A stretch of 58,160 nucleotides of DNA from a virus (lineage: Duplodnaviria > Caudoviricetes). Position numbers and translations under genes: made by a program. The notes under the pieces are model-generated. The model was not told the origin of the DNA. It was given only the letters and a program-made list of their open reading frames with translations, and did not search any database. The stretch is from positions 1 to 58,160 of the IMG/VR virus record IMGVR_UViG_3300032898_000006; one strand, given 5' to 3'. Below, piece after piece: positions 18,255-26,236 of the stretch; position 1 is the stretch's first letter, and each line of letters starts with the position of its first letter.

Positions 18255-19883
18255 GTGAACGCTCCGACGCTTCCGAACGACGACACCGTGCCGAACAACT
18301 GGCGGCTAAGGGAGCGCGCGTACACCGGGCCCCATACCGGGCAGCAGCTCGCCGCCATCGACATGCTCGAGGAAATAGCGAGAGCTCAGGCAGTACACGC
18401 CACGACCGAGCTCCCGCATTACGACGGGCCGAGGACGGGGGATCAGCTCGCGCTCCTCGGAACCGGCGAGCGGGGCGCGATCGAGGCAGCGGAGCGGGAG
18501 ATGGCCCCGCGAGGGCGAGGCGCGCATTCCCGGGGTCCGTCGCGACGGAAGCCGTTCCCGTGGGACGACCTCAAGCACCGGGCGCTTGTCGTTGCGGTGA
18601 CCGTGGTCTGCGTCGCCGCGCTCTGGCTGGTGCAGGATTACGCGTGGCCGGGGAAGCCGAGACTGCACGGCACGTTCGCCGAAGTATGGACGTGCACCGG
18701 GCTGCTTTGGCTGGCGCCGCTGCCGGCGTCCGTCTTCAACCTGGTTGGGCTGTTCTGCTACAGGCCCTCGCGGAACCGGCAGAGGGCCGCGGCGATTCCG
18801 CAGGTCGTATGCTGGCGGATCGTCTCCAAGGGGACGAACACGGAGGCGCTGGCCGCGACGATCCGGCGCTGCCGGACGGAGATGAGGGCGGCGCCACTGT
18901 TCCGGTACGTCATCGAGGTCGTCACGGACGTCGAGAACCCGCTGCTGCCGCGCGGGCCGGACGTCGCATACCTGGTCGTCCCCGAGTGGTACCAGACGTC
19001 GAAGGGCTCCCGGTTCAAGGCCCGGGCGCTGCAGTACGCCCTTGAGCACTCGCCGCTGGCCGATGACGCCTGGCTCGTTCATCTTGACGAGGAGTCGCAG
19101 CCGGTGCCGTCCGGAATCCGGGGAATCGCCCGCATGATCGCCGAGGAGGAGGCCACGGGCCGGCTGCGCATCGGCCAGGGCGCGATCGTGTACCACCGGA
19201 AATGGAAGCAGCACCCGTTCCTGACGCTGGCGGACATGCCACGGACGGGGGACGACCTCGGCCGCTTCTACCTCGCCTACCGCAGCGGCGTCACGCTCTT
19301 CGGCATGCACGGGTCGTTCATCGTCGTCCGCAACGACGTCGAGAAGGCCGTCGGGTTCGATTTCGGGCCCGTGGGGTCGATGACCGAGGACGCGTACTGG
19401 GCGCTCTGCGCGATGGAACTGGGTTACCGGTGCCGATGGGTCGACGGCTTCCTCGAGGAGCAGTCGACGCAGGGCATCATGGACTTCCTCAAGCAGCGCC
19501 GCCGCTGGTTCCAGGGCATCGTGAAGGTGTGCCTGCACGCGCCTACGAAGCTCCGCTGGCGGGTGACCTTCGGGGTCAGCACGCTGCTGTGGGCTCTCGC
19601 GCCGCTCGGGATGGCGTACACGCTCGCGCACCTGGTCGTCGGCGGCGGAGTCGGCCCCGCGGTGAAGGTGCTCGCCGACGTGGCCCTGGCGGGCTGCGTC
19701 ACGATCCAGTTTGTAGGGCTGCAGGTGAACCTCGACGAGCACGGGATCATCGAGCGGCCGAGGCGTTTCCTCTGGTACGCCCTGTCCCTGCTGAGCATCC
19801 CGGCCGCCGGGCTGCTGGAGGCGGCCAGCGTCGCGTACGCCATCATCAGGCCGAGCAGCGGCTTCCACGTGGTGGAGAAGTGA
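18255..19883 (+). CDS. membrane GT2 glycosyltransferase, Egghead/BRE-3 beta-1,4-mannosyltransferase-like
   Basis: FKARALQY, WLVHLDEES, GMHGSFIV, GSMTEDAYW, DFLKQRRRWFQG, N- and C-terminal TM helices, FHVVEK end; alternative start 18231. Confidence 0.85.
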   Translation: MNAPTLPNDDTVPNNWRLRERAYTGPHTGQQLAAIDMLEEIARAQAVHATTELPHYDGPRTGDQLALLGTGERGAIEAAEREMAPRGRGAHSRGPSRRKPFPWDDLKHRALVVAVTVVCVAALWLVQDYAWPGKPRLHGTFAEVWTCTGLLWLAPLPASVFNLVGLFCYRPSRNRQRAAAIPQVVCWRIVSKGTNTEALAATIRRCRTEMRAAPLFRYVIEVVTDVENPLLPRGPDVAYLVVPEWYQTSKGSRFKARALQYALEHSPLADDAWLVHLDEESQPVPSGIRGIARMIAEEEATGRLRIGQGAIVYHRKWKQHPFLTLADMPRTGDDLGRFYLAYRSGVTLFGMHGSFIVVRNDVEKAVGFDFGPVGSMTEDAYWALCAMELGYRCRWVDGFLEEQSTQGIMDFLKQRRRWFQGIVKVCLHAPTKLRWRVTFGVSTLLWALAPLGMAYTLAHLVVGGGVGPAVKVLADVALAGCVTIQFVGLQVNLDEHGIIERPRRFLWYALSLLSIPAAGLLEAASVAYAIIRPSSGFHVVEK

Positions 19884-19891
19884 CTCCCGCG

Positions 19892-20815
19892 ATGAGGCTG
19901 TCCCGGCTGTCCGCGGTGGCCGTCACGGTGGCGATCCTCGCGGGCTGCTCTGCCGCCGGGGCGCAGATGCAGTCTCCGGTCCGCGCGCAGGGCTCTTCGC
20001 GGGGCTCGATGCTGTCGGGGGTGTACGAGCCGGACAACCCGGGGTCCTACGGGCAGGTGGCCTCGTTCGCCGCGGCAACAGGGCTGCATCAGGACATCGC
20101 CGTGTACTACAGCGCGTGGGGGAAGCCGTTCGCCTCCGCGTTCGCCGAGCAGTCGCACGCTCAGGGCACGACGGTCCTCGTGCAGCTCAACCCGGCCCAC
20201 GGGGAGGTCGGAGCCGTCGCCGCCGGCAGGCAGGACTCGTACCTGCGGTCGTACGCGGAGCAAATCAAGCGGCTTCGCTTCAATGTCATCGTCAGCTTCG
20301 GTCAGGAGATGAACGGCAACTGGTACCCCTGGGGCCAGGGATACGTGTCGCCGGCGAGCTTCATCAGCGCATGGCGGCGGGTGGTGTCGGTCTTCCGGGC
20401 GGCCGGAGCGTCGAATGTGATCTGGCTCTGGGACGTTAACTCCAACTTCACGGGCGGCTATCCGATCTCGCCGTGGTGGCCGGGAGCGAACTACGTCACA
20501 TGGGTCGGCGTGGACGGCTACTACACGCGCCCGCAGGACACGTTCGCCAGCGTCTTCGGCTCGACCATCACCTCGATCCGGGCGCTGACGAGCAAGCCCG
20601 TCCTGATCGCCGAGACTGCGGTCGGCCCTGACTCCGGCGCGATGCGCGCGGCGCAGGTACGCGGCCTGTTCGCCGGGGTGAAGGCCGATCACCTGCTCGG
20701 CTTGGTCTGGTTCGACCAGAAGCAGGACGACGGGTCGTATCACCAGGACTGGCACATCGAGGATGACCCGGCGGCTCTGGCCGCGTTCAGGGCGGCAGTG
20801 AAGGGGTTCGGGTGA
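19892..20815 (+). CDS. GH26 beta-mannanase-like lipoprotein
   Basis: Lipobox LAGC; GQEMNGNWYPW, WPGANYVTWVGVDGY, KPVLIAET, VWFD. Confidence 0.9.
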   Translation: MRLSRLSAVAVTVAILAGCSAAGAQMQSPVRAQGSSRGSMLSGVYEPDNPGSYGQVASFAAATGLHQDIAVYYSAWGKPFASAFAEQSHAQGTTVLVQLNPAHGEVGAVAAGRQDSYLRSYAEQIKRLRFNVIVSFGQEMNGNWYPWGQGYVSPASFISAWRRVVSVFRAAGASNVIWLWDVNSNFTGGYPISPWWPGANYVTWVGVDGYYTRPQDTFASVFGSTITSIRALTSKPVLIAETAVGPDSGAMRAAQVRGLFAGVKADHLLGLVWFDQKQDDGSYHQDWHIEDDPAALAAFRAAVKGFG

Positions 20816-21171
20816 ACGTCCCGGTCCTCGTCCTCGCCGTGCTGAGCGTCATCAGCGCATGGCTGTGCGGCAATGCCGTCGGTCGCAGGCAGTACGCCAA
20901 GGCGGCGACGTGGGCTGCGGGCACCGCCGTCATCCTCGGCGTGGCCTCGGCCATCGACGCGGCGGCCGGGCAATGGCCCGCAGCCGCGATATACGGCGCG
21001 GGCACCGCAGGCTGGGCTTGGATCGCGTGGAAGAACTGGCGCAGGAGGAAGCGGAAGCGGTCGCTGAAGGCGCTCGGCCACAGGGCGCGGGCGAGGCTCG
21101 CCGCGATGCTCCGGAGCATGCCGAAGCCGGGGCCGGCCCTCCGCCCCGTCCCGCAAGGGGCTCGGGCGTGA
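20812..21171 (+). CDS. small membrane protein (about 3 TM)
   Basis: Hydrophobic helices followed by a basic WRRRKRKR tail. Confidence 0.65.
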   Translation: MNVPVLVLAVLSVISAWLCGNAVGRRQYAKAATWAAGTAVILGVASAIDAAAGQWPAAAIYGAGTAGWAWIAWKNWRRRKRKRSLKALGHRARARLAAMLRSMPKPGPALRPVPQGARA

Positions 21172-21254
21172 ACGTCCCGGCTCCGGGGCCACTGACCGTT
21201 TGACCGGGCCCGGCGGTAACCGGGCGGATTTCACTAAAGGAAAGGAAGCAGAAG

Positions 21255-21455
21255 ATGAGCGCAAGGACACCCGAGGCGGAGCCGCTACTGACCCCCGCTG
21301 AGGTCGCCACCATGTTCCGTGTGGACCCGAAGACGGTCACCAGGTGGGCGAAGGCCGGGAAGCTGACGTCCATCCGGACGCTAGGAGGTCACCGGAGGTA
21401 CCGGGAGACCGAAGTGCGGGCGCTGCTGGCCGGTATTCCGCTGGCGCGGCCCTGA
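21255..21455 (+). CDS. bldC: BldC developmental regulator (MerR-like wHTH)
   Basis: ARTPEAEPLLTPAEVATMFRVDPKTVTRWAKAGKLTSIRTLGGHRRYRETEVRALLAGIP, matching the canonical BldC sequence as I recall it. Confidence 0.95.
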   Translation: MSARTPEAEPLLTPAEVATMFRVDPKTVTRWAKAGKLTSIRTLGGHRRYRETEVRALLAGIPLARP

Positions 21456-21804
21456 AGAGAGCTGGAAGTGGCCCGCGCCCGTCTAGAGCCAACCATCCGG
21501 GCGCGGGTCCTTGGGAATTTCGATCAACAGGAGAAATGATGCCATGCCCCGCCCGCCGATGCTCCCTCCCGGGCTCCCGGGCCCGAGACCCCGGCCGACA
21601 CCGCCGCCCGAGCCGGAACCCGGCCCCGTGACCGGCGACGACGAAGAGGAAAGCGAGGCCTCCGGCGATTGCTTTTTCCCTGCCGGCTGCCGGTGGATTG
21701 ACGGCTGCAACGCGGAGAGCGTTTGCATTGGCCGCGACTACTAGAACAACCCCGACCCGGCCGGCGTTCCGGCCGAAGACGACGACGAAGGAACGGACGA
21801 GCAG

Positions 21805-22311
21805 ATGTCCCTGTATGAGATAGCGGTCGCGGACGGCCACCAGGACGAGCGCGCGGCGCTGCTGCTGCCCGTCCTCGGGAACCCGGTGGTTCAGCGTTTC
21901 CGGGATTGCTGGGCCGAGCGGACCCCGTACGGCCTCGTGATCGCGGTCTACACCCGCACCGGGGGCCCGTACCGCGGGTGCTCCTGCGCGGAGGAAGGCA
22001 GCGCCCACGCCCCGGGGTCCTGCTGGGCCGCGTGCAACGAGGCGCTCGCCGGTCATCCCCTGTACCTGCGCGACGACGACGACACGCTCGACGCGACGTA
22101 CGCGACGTTCCGGTTCCGGGTCCCCGAGGCGCGCCGCGAGGCCCTCGCGCCGATCGCCGTCGACCCGGTCGACACGAGCAAGCGGTGGCAGGAGGCGATC
22201 GACCGGGTGAGCCGCGGGGAGATCCGGCCCGCCGAGACGGCCATGGGCGACCAGCTCGCCGCGATGCTCTCCGACGCCTCGCCGGGCGCGCCGAGAATCA
22301 TGGAGGTCTGA
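21805..22311 (+). CDS. hypothetical phage protein
   Basis: RFRD..VYTRTGG..R..HPLY..D.DD..D.TYATF.F. Confidence 0.65.
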   Translation: MSLYEIAVADGHQDERAALLLPVLGNPVVQRFRDCWAERTPYGLVIAVYTRTGGPYRGCSCAEEGSAHAPGSCWAACNEALAGHPLYLRDDDDTLDATYATFRFRVPEARREALAPIAVDPVDTSKRWQEAIDRVSRGEIRPAETAMGDQLAAMLSDASPGAPRIMEV

Positions 22312-22841
22312 TGCCCGGAATCGCAGTCCCGGAGAGGCCCGCGATGTGGCTCGGGCACTACAGCCTCCAGCTGCTTTGGCTCGCAGTCGCAGTCACGGTC
22401 GCCGACGACGCCACGGGCCAGACGAGCAGCGTCCTGGAATGGGCCGGCGTTGCCGCGTTCACGCTCTGGATTGTGGCGTCGATGGCCGACGGGGGCGTTC
22501 ACCGGGAGCGACTGTGCGAACGGTGCGTCGCGGCGACCCCGCTCGACCCGCAGGCTTCCGTCGGCCGGTGGAGGCGAGCCCTGCGGCTGCACCACTCCCG
22601 CAAGGCCACGGGCGTCATGTGCGGCGCGGTTCTCGCCGTCTCCATCGCGGCCGACTCCTTCCGCCACAAGCCTGCGTGGGCGCTCGCGGCCAGCGCGCTC
22701 GTATGGGTCGCCCTCGGGGCGCTGAACGTCATCCCCCTGCAGCACCGGCGGTTGTACCCGTGGTGCCCGTTTTGTCATTGGGGCGACGGCGGGGAGGGAG
22801 AGGTGTCCCCGGATGTCCCGGCCCCGGCGATGAGCCGCTGA
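22311..22841 (+). CDS. membrane protein with H/C zinc motif
   Basis: About 4 TM; HRERLCERC and HRRLYPWCPFC. Confidence 0.65.
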   Translation: MPGIAVPERPAMWLGHYSLQLLWLAVAVTVADDATGQTSSVLEWAGVAAFTLWIVASMADGGVHRERLCERCVAATPLDPQASVGRWRRALRLHHSRKATGVMCGAVLAVSIAADSFRHKPAWALAASALVWVALGALNVIPLQHRRLYPWCPFCHWGDGGEGEVSPDVPAPAMSR

Positions 22842-22961
22842 CCCCGGGAACGCAAGGCCGCCCCCTCGCCAGCCGGAACCATCGGCTGGCGAGGGGGCGG
22901 GGAGCGCATCGTCAATTACAGCGGCAAGGGCGAGCATAGCGAGACAGGCGCCGTAATCCGG

Positions 22962-22990
22962 TTCGCCTCGCGGGATCGCTCCTGTATCGT
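22962..22990 (+). promoter_or_regulatory. sigma70-type promoter for the Y RNA/Ro60 locus
   Basis: TTCGCC-N17-TATCGT ending 8 nt before the first RNA unit. Confidence 0.45.
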
Positions 22991-22998
22991 GCTAGTGT

Positions 22999-23072
22999 CC
23001 TTCCCGGTGCGCCTGGCCGCGCTTACTTCTTATGCAAAGGCGACAGCGCGGCCGACTCTGATCTCAGGAAGG
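22999..23072 (+). ncRNA. Y RNA-like unit 1 (minimal)
   Basis: CCTTCC/GGAAGG terminal stem, shared CCCGGTGCGC..TACTTC..GATCTC motif, inner stem GGCCGCGCT/AGCGCGGCC. Confidence 0.7.
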
Positions 23073-23090
23073 CTTCACGACCTAGCCTCA

Positions 23091-23231
23091 CCCCCGGTGC
23101 GCAGGTATCGGTTTACTTCATTGGGAACTGAGGGTTGCGGGTTCGAATCCCGCCCGCCCGGCTCGCGTCGGGCGGTAGCGCAACTTGGTAGCGCATCAGT
23201 ACGAATCGCCGTACCGTCCCGATCTCGGGGG
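23091..23231 (+). ncRNA. yrlA: YrlA-type Y RNA unit 2, permuted tRNA-Pro(UGG)-like
   Basis: T arm GCGGG-TTCGAAT-CCCGC precedes closed acceptor stem CCGCCCG/CGGGCGG, then D arm TAGCGCAACTTGGTAGCGC; shared terminal stem. Confidence 0.85.
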
Positions 23232-23252
23232 CTTTTACAACTGAATCGACGC

Positions 23253-23379
23253 ACCTCCCGGTGCGCGGGCACGACGGATACTTCTCGCCAGGGCGCAAGC
23301 CCATCAGATCGGCCAGCACGAGATAGCTGGCAGCCACCCCCGGGTGGTCAATCCGGACGCCGACTTGAACTCGGGGGGT
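23253..23379 (+). ncRNA. Y RNA-like unit 3 with three-hairpin domain
   Basis: ACCTCCCG/CGGGGGGT terminal stem, shared motifs, hairpins GGGC-GCAA-GCCC, GCCAGC/GCTGGC, GCCACC/GGTGGT. Confidence 0.7.
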
Positions 23380-23391
23380 CATCGTCTTTGC

Positions 23392-23528
23392 GTGCCCGGT
23401 GCGCAGTTGCGGCGTTCTTCGCCTGTCAAGCGGGTGGTCGCGGGTTCGAATCCCGTCGCCTGGCGGAAGCCTGGTGTAGCTCAGCGGTAGAGCACCTACG
23501 ATTGCCGCGGCGACTTGATCTCGGGCAC
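23392..23528 (+). ncRNA. yrlA: YrlA-type Y RNA unit 4, permuted tRNA-Asp(GUC)-like
   Basis: GTGCCCG/CGGGCAC stem; CTGTCAA loop, T arm GGTTCGAATCC, GGAA-capped acceptor stem, D arm TAGCTCAGCGGTAGAGC. Confidence 0.85.
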
Positions 23529-23569
23529 AACCGACGAAGGCCCCTCCCAGCATGAGAGGGGCTTTTCGC

Positions 23570-25135
23570 ATGTCACGGTTCAACACGACGGGTACGCGGC
23601 CGACAGCGGCCAGCCCGGTAGCCACGGAGGCGGTTCCGTCCGGCGTAACGCACGAGGGGGCGCCCGGCTTCGCCCGCGACAGCAAGAGCGAGCTTTTCCT
23701 GCTAGCGGTCAGCCACATGGGCGACGGGTCGTTCTACGAGTCCCAGCCCGACCGGGATACCCGCTTCCGCTCGCTGGTCCACGGCGTCGCGATGAACGAC
23801 CCGGAGTGGATGGCCCGGTTCGTCCCCTGGCTGCGGAACGGCGCGAACATGCGCACCGCGTCGGTGGTCGCGGCGGCCGAGGCGGCGAAGGCCCTCCTGA
23901 TCGACGAGAAGCCGGGCGGCCGGAAGATCGTCGCGTCGGCGCTGCAGCGCGCCGACGAGCCGGGCGAGCTGCTCGCCTACTGGACTTCCCGTTACGGCCG
24001 GGCGGTTCCCAAGCCGGTCAAGCGGGGCGTCGCCGACGCGGTGGCGCGGCTGTACGACGAGTACGCGCTGCTGAAGTACGACACCGCCTCGCACGGCTAC
24101 CGGTTCGGCGACGTCATCGACCTGTGCCACCCGGACGCGGCCGAGCCGTGGCGCGGCGACCTGTACCGGCACGCCCTCGACCGGCGCCACAACCGGGACA
24201 ACGCGGTGCCGGACTCGCTCGCCATGATCCGGGCCAACGCGATGCTGCGGGCGCGGGGCGCCGAGGACCCGGAGGCACTGCTCGACGCCGGGGCGCTGAA
24301 GGCCGCCGGGATGACATGGGAGGACGCCCTGTCGCTCGCCGGGAGCAAGGCGCCGAAGCGGGAGCTGTGGGCGGCGCTTATCCCGTCGATGGGCTACATG
24401 GCGCTGCTGAGGAACCTGCGGAACTTCGACGACGCCGGGGTGCCGGATGCTGTCGCCGAGCAGGTCGCCGCGCGGCTGTCCGACCCCGCGCAGGTGGCGA
24501 AGTCCCGGCAGTTCCCGTTCCGGTTCCTGTCCGCCTACAAGGCGGTCCCGTCACTCCGGTGGGCGTACCCGCTGGAGAAGGCGCTCGGCCTGTCGCTCGC
24601 GAACGTGCCCGAGATGAAGGGGCGGACGCTGGTCCTCGTCGACCGCTCCGGGTCGATGTTCGATGGCATCTCAGCGAAGTCGGGACTCAACCGCGCCGAC
24701 ACGGCCGCGCTGTTCGGGGCGGCGGTCGCGCTGCGGTGCGAGCACGCCGACCTTGTGCAGTTCGGCTCCTCGAGCGCTCCCGTCCAGTTCCGGGGCGCCG
24801 AGTCGGTGCTGAAGATCATCGGGCGGTTCGGGAACCTCGGCGGCACCTACACGGCCCAGGCGGTGCAGCAGCACTACCGCGACGGCTTCCATTCGCGCGT
24901 CGTCATCATCACCGACGAGCAGACGGCGGCCTACTCGGGTGACCCGCTGAGCCTGATCGCGGGGCGCATCCCCGTTTACACGTGGAACCTCGCCGGCTAC
25001 CAGTACGGGCACGGGCCGTCCGGCGGCGCCAATCGGCACACTTTCGGTGGTTTGACGGACTCGGCTTTCAAGCTCATCCCCCTGCTGGAGGCGGGCCGAA
25101 ATGCCTCCTGGCCTTGGGAAATGTCCGTAGAATAG
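23570..25135 (+). CDS. rsr: Ro60/TROVE domain RNA-binding protein with vWA domain
   Basis: TxEGAPGFARD.KSELFLL, QRADEPGE, LLKYD, MGYMALLRNLRNF, SRQFPFRFLSAY, vWA LVDRSGSM, GGT, IITDEQ. Confidence 0.95.
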   Translation: MSRFNTTGTRPTAASPVATEAVPSGVTHEGAPGFARDSKSELFLLAVSHMGDGSFYESQPDRDTRFRSLVHGVAMNDPEWMARFVPWLRNGANMRTASVVAAAEAAKALLIDEKPGGRKIVASALQRADEPGELLAYWTSRYGRAVPKPVKRGVADAVARLYDEYALLKYDTASHGYRFGDVIDLCHPDAAEPWRGDLYRHALDRRHNRDNAVPDSLAMIRANAMLRARGAEDPEALLDAGALKAAGMTWEDALSLAGSKAPKRELWAALIPSMGYMALLRNLRNFDDAGVPDAVAEQVAARLSDPAQVAKSRQFPFRFLSAYKAVPSLRWAYPLEKALGLSLANVPEMKGRTLVLVDRSGSMFDGISAKSGLNRADTAALFGAAVALRCEHADLVQFGSSSAPVQFRGAESVLKIIGRFGNLGGTYTAQAVQQHYRDGFHSRVVIITDEQTAAYSGDPLSLIAGRIPVYTWNLAGYQYGHGPSGGANRHTFGGLTDSAFKLIPLLEAGRNASWPWEMSVE

Positions 25136-25198
25136 AAGAAAAGTGTCCCGGCGGATGCGGTCACATCTGCCGGGACGGCCGACTACTGAGGAGTCGAC

Positions 25199-25747
25199 AT
25201 GGGCAAGCGTACAAGTCCCTACCCTGAACGGATCGCATGGACTTGGGATCGCCTGATCGAACAGGTCCGCGCCATCTGCGTCGTAGATGAAGTATCCGGG
25301 TGCTGGATTTGGCCGCGATGGAGCAACGAACGCGGTTACGGGCGCCTTCAGGTCGACGGCAAAGTGTGGTACGTGCACCGGGCAGTCCTGCGAGCGAAGA
25401 CCGGGATCGTCCGATCCCACGGGCGGCACTCGTGCGACAACCCGCCGTGCACCAACCCCGATCACCTGAGTTGGGGCACCCAGGGGGACAATATGGCGGA
25501 CGCCGTAGATCGCGGTCGCGTCCGACACGGAGACGCACACTACAGCCGCGCCAACCCGTCGCTCGTGCTACGTGGCAGTGACAATGGATCGGCGAAACTG
25601 ACGGCCATCCAAGTGGAGGCCATCCGCGCCCGGTACGCTGCCGGCGCCATCTCGCAGCGACTACTCGGCGAGGAGTACGGCGTTTGCCAGCGGCAGATCA
25701 GCCGCATAGTTCGCGGCGAGCGCTGGGCACCCACTTCGGCGACTTGA
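25199..25747 (+). CDS. HNH homing endonuclease
   Basis: CWIW..GYG..VHR..RHSCDNPPCTNPDHLSWGTQGDNMAD; C-terminal AKLT HTH. Confidence 0.92.
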   Translation: MGKRTSPYPERIAWTWDRLIEQVRAICVVDEVSGCWIWPRWSNERGYGRLQVDGKVWYVHRAVLRAKTGIVRSHGRHSCDNPPCTNPDHLSWGTQGDNMADAVDRGRVRHGDAHYSRANPSLVLRGSDNGSAKLTAIQVEAIRARYAAGAISQRLLGEEYGVCQRQISRIVRGERWAPTSAT

Positions 25748-25826
25748 TTCCGGCCGCTCGAGGCGGGACGAGACGCCCGCTGGGACGACCTGTTCAGCGC
25801 TGTCGCCGCCTGATCCCGGGCACGCG

Positions 25827-25864
25827 AAAAGAGCCCGGCCCGCCGAAGCGGACCGGGGCTCTCT
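25827..25864. terminator. intrinsic terminator between convergent arms
   Basis: AAAAGAGCCC...GGGCTCTCT hairpin at the + / - arm junction. Confidence 0.65.
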
Positions 25865-25898
25865 CGTGCAGGTGTGGACCCTGCGGACAGGCTGAAGA

Positions 25899-26159
25899 CT
25901 ACAGCCCGGCGAGGACCGCCAGGATCTCCGTGGCTTCCTTCACCAGAGGCGCGATCGCCGCAGCGACAGCCGGGTCGGCCTCGGCCGCGGCGGTGACCTT
26001 CGGGAGGTACGCCTCGATGAGCGGGATGACCGTTCGGGCCTTCTCGGCGTCGGCCTCGATCTCCTTGAAATCGGGAACCAGGTGGCTCTGGAGCCACGCA
26101 ACGAAGCCGTGGGCCTCGGAGACGGGCGGGGCGGGGGTCGGGGTGACGGGAGTGGTCAT
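25899..26159 (-). CDS. small hypothetical protein
   Basis: RBS AAAGG; amphipathic. Confidence 0.55.
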   Translation of the reverse strand: MTTPVTPTPAPPVSEAHGFVAWLQSHLVPDFKEIEADAEKARTVIPLIEAYLPKVTAAAEADPAVAAAIAPLVKEATEILAVLAGL

Positions 26160-26236
26160 TGCTGTTGCCTTTCTGCGGGCATTGAACGAGCCTCCGGCCG
26201 GACGGCCGTGGCTTGAGTCGGTAAGAGCGTGGGGCA

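Noticed and set aside
23091-23528. Canonical tRNA genes
   Set aside because: T arm precedes D arm, acceptor stems are loop-closed and there is no CCA; these are permuted mimics
22999-23528. CRISPR array
   Set aside because: Repeats are short and bipartite, inserts are structured and unequal, and no cas genes are present
22989-23555. 188-aa ORF over the RNA array
   Set aside because: Atypical codon usage; better explained by ncRNAs
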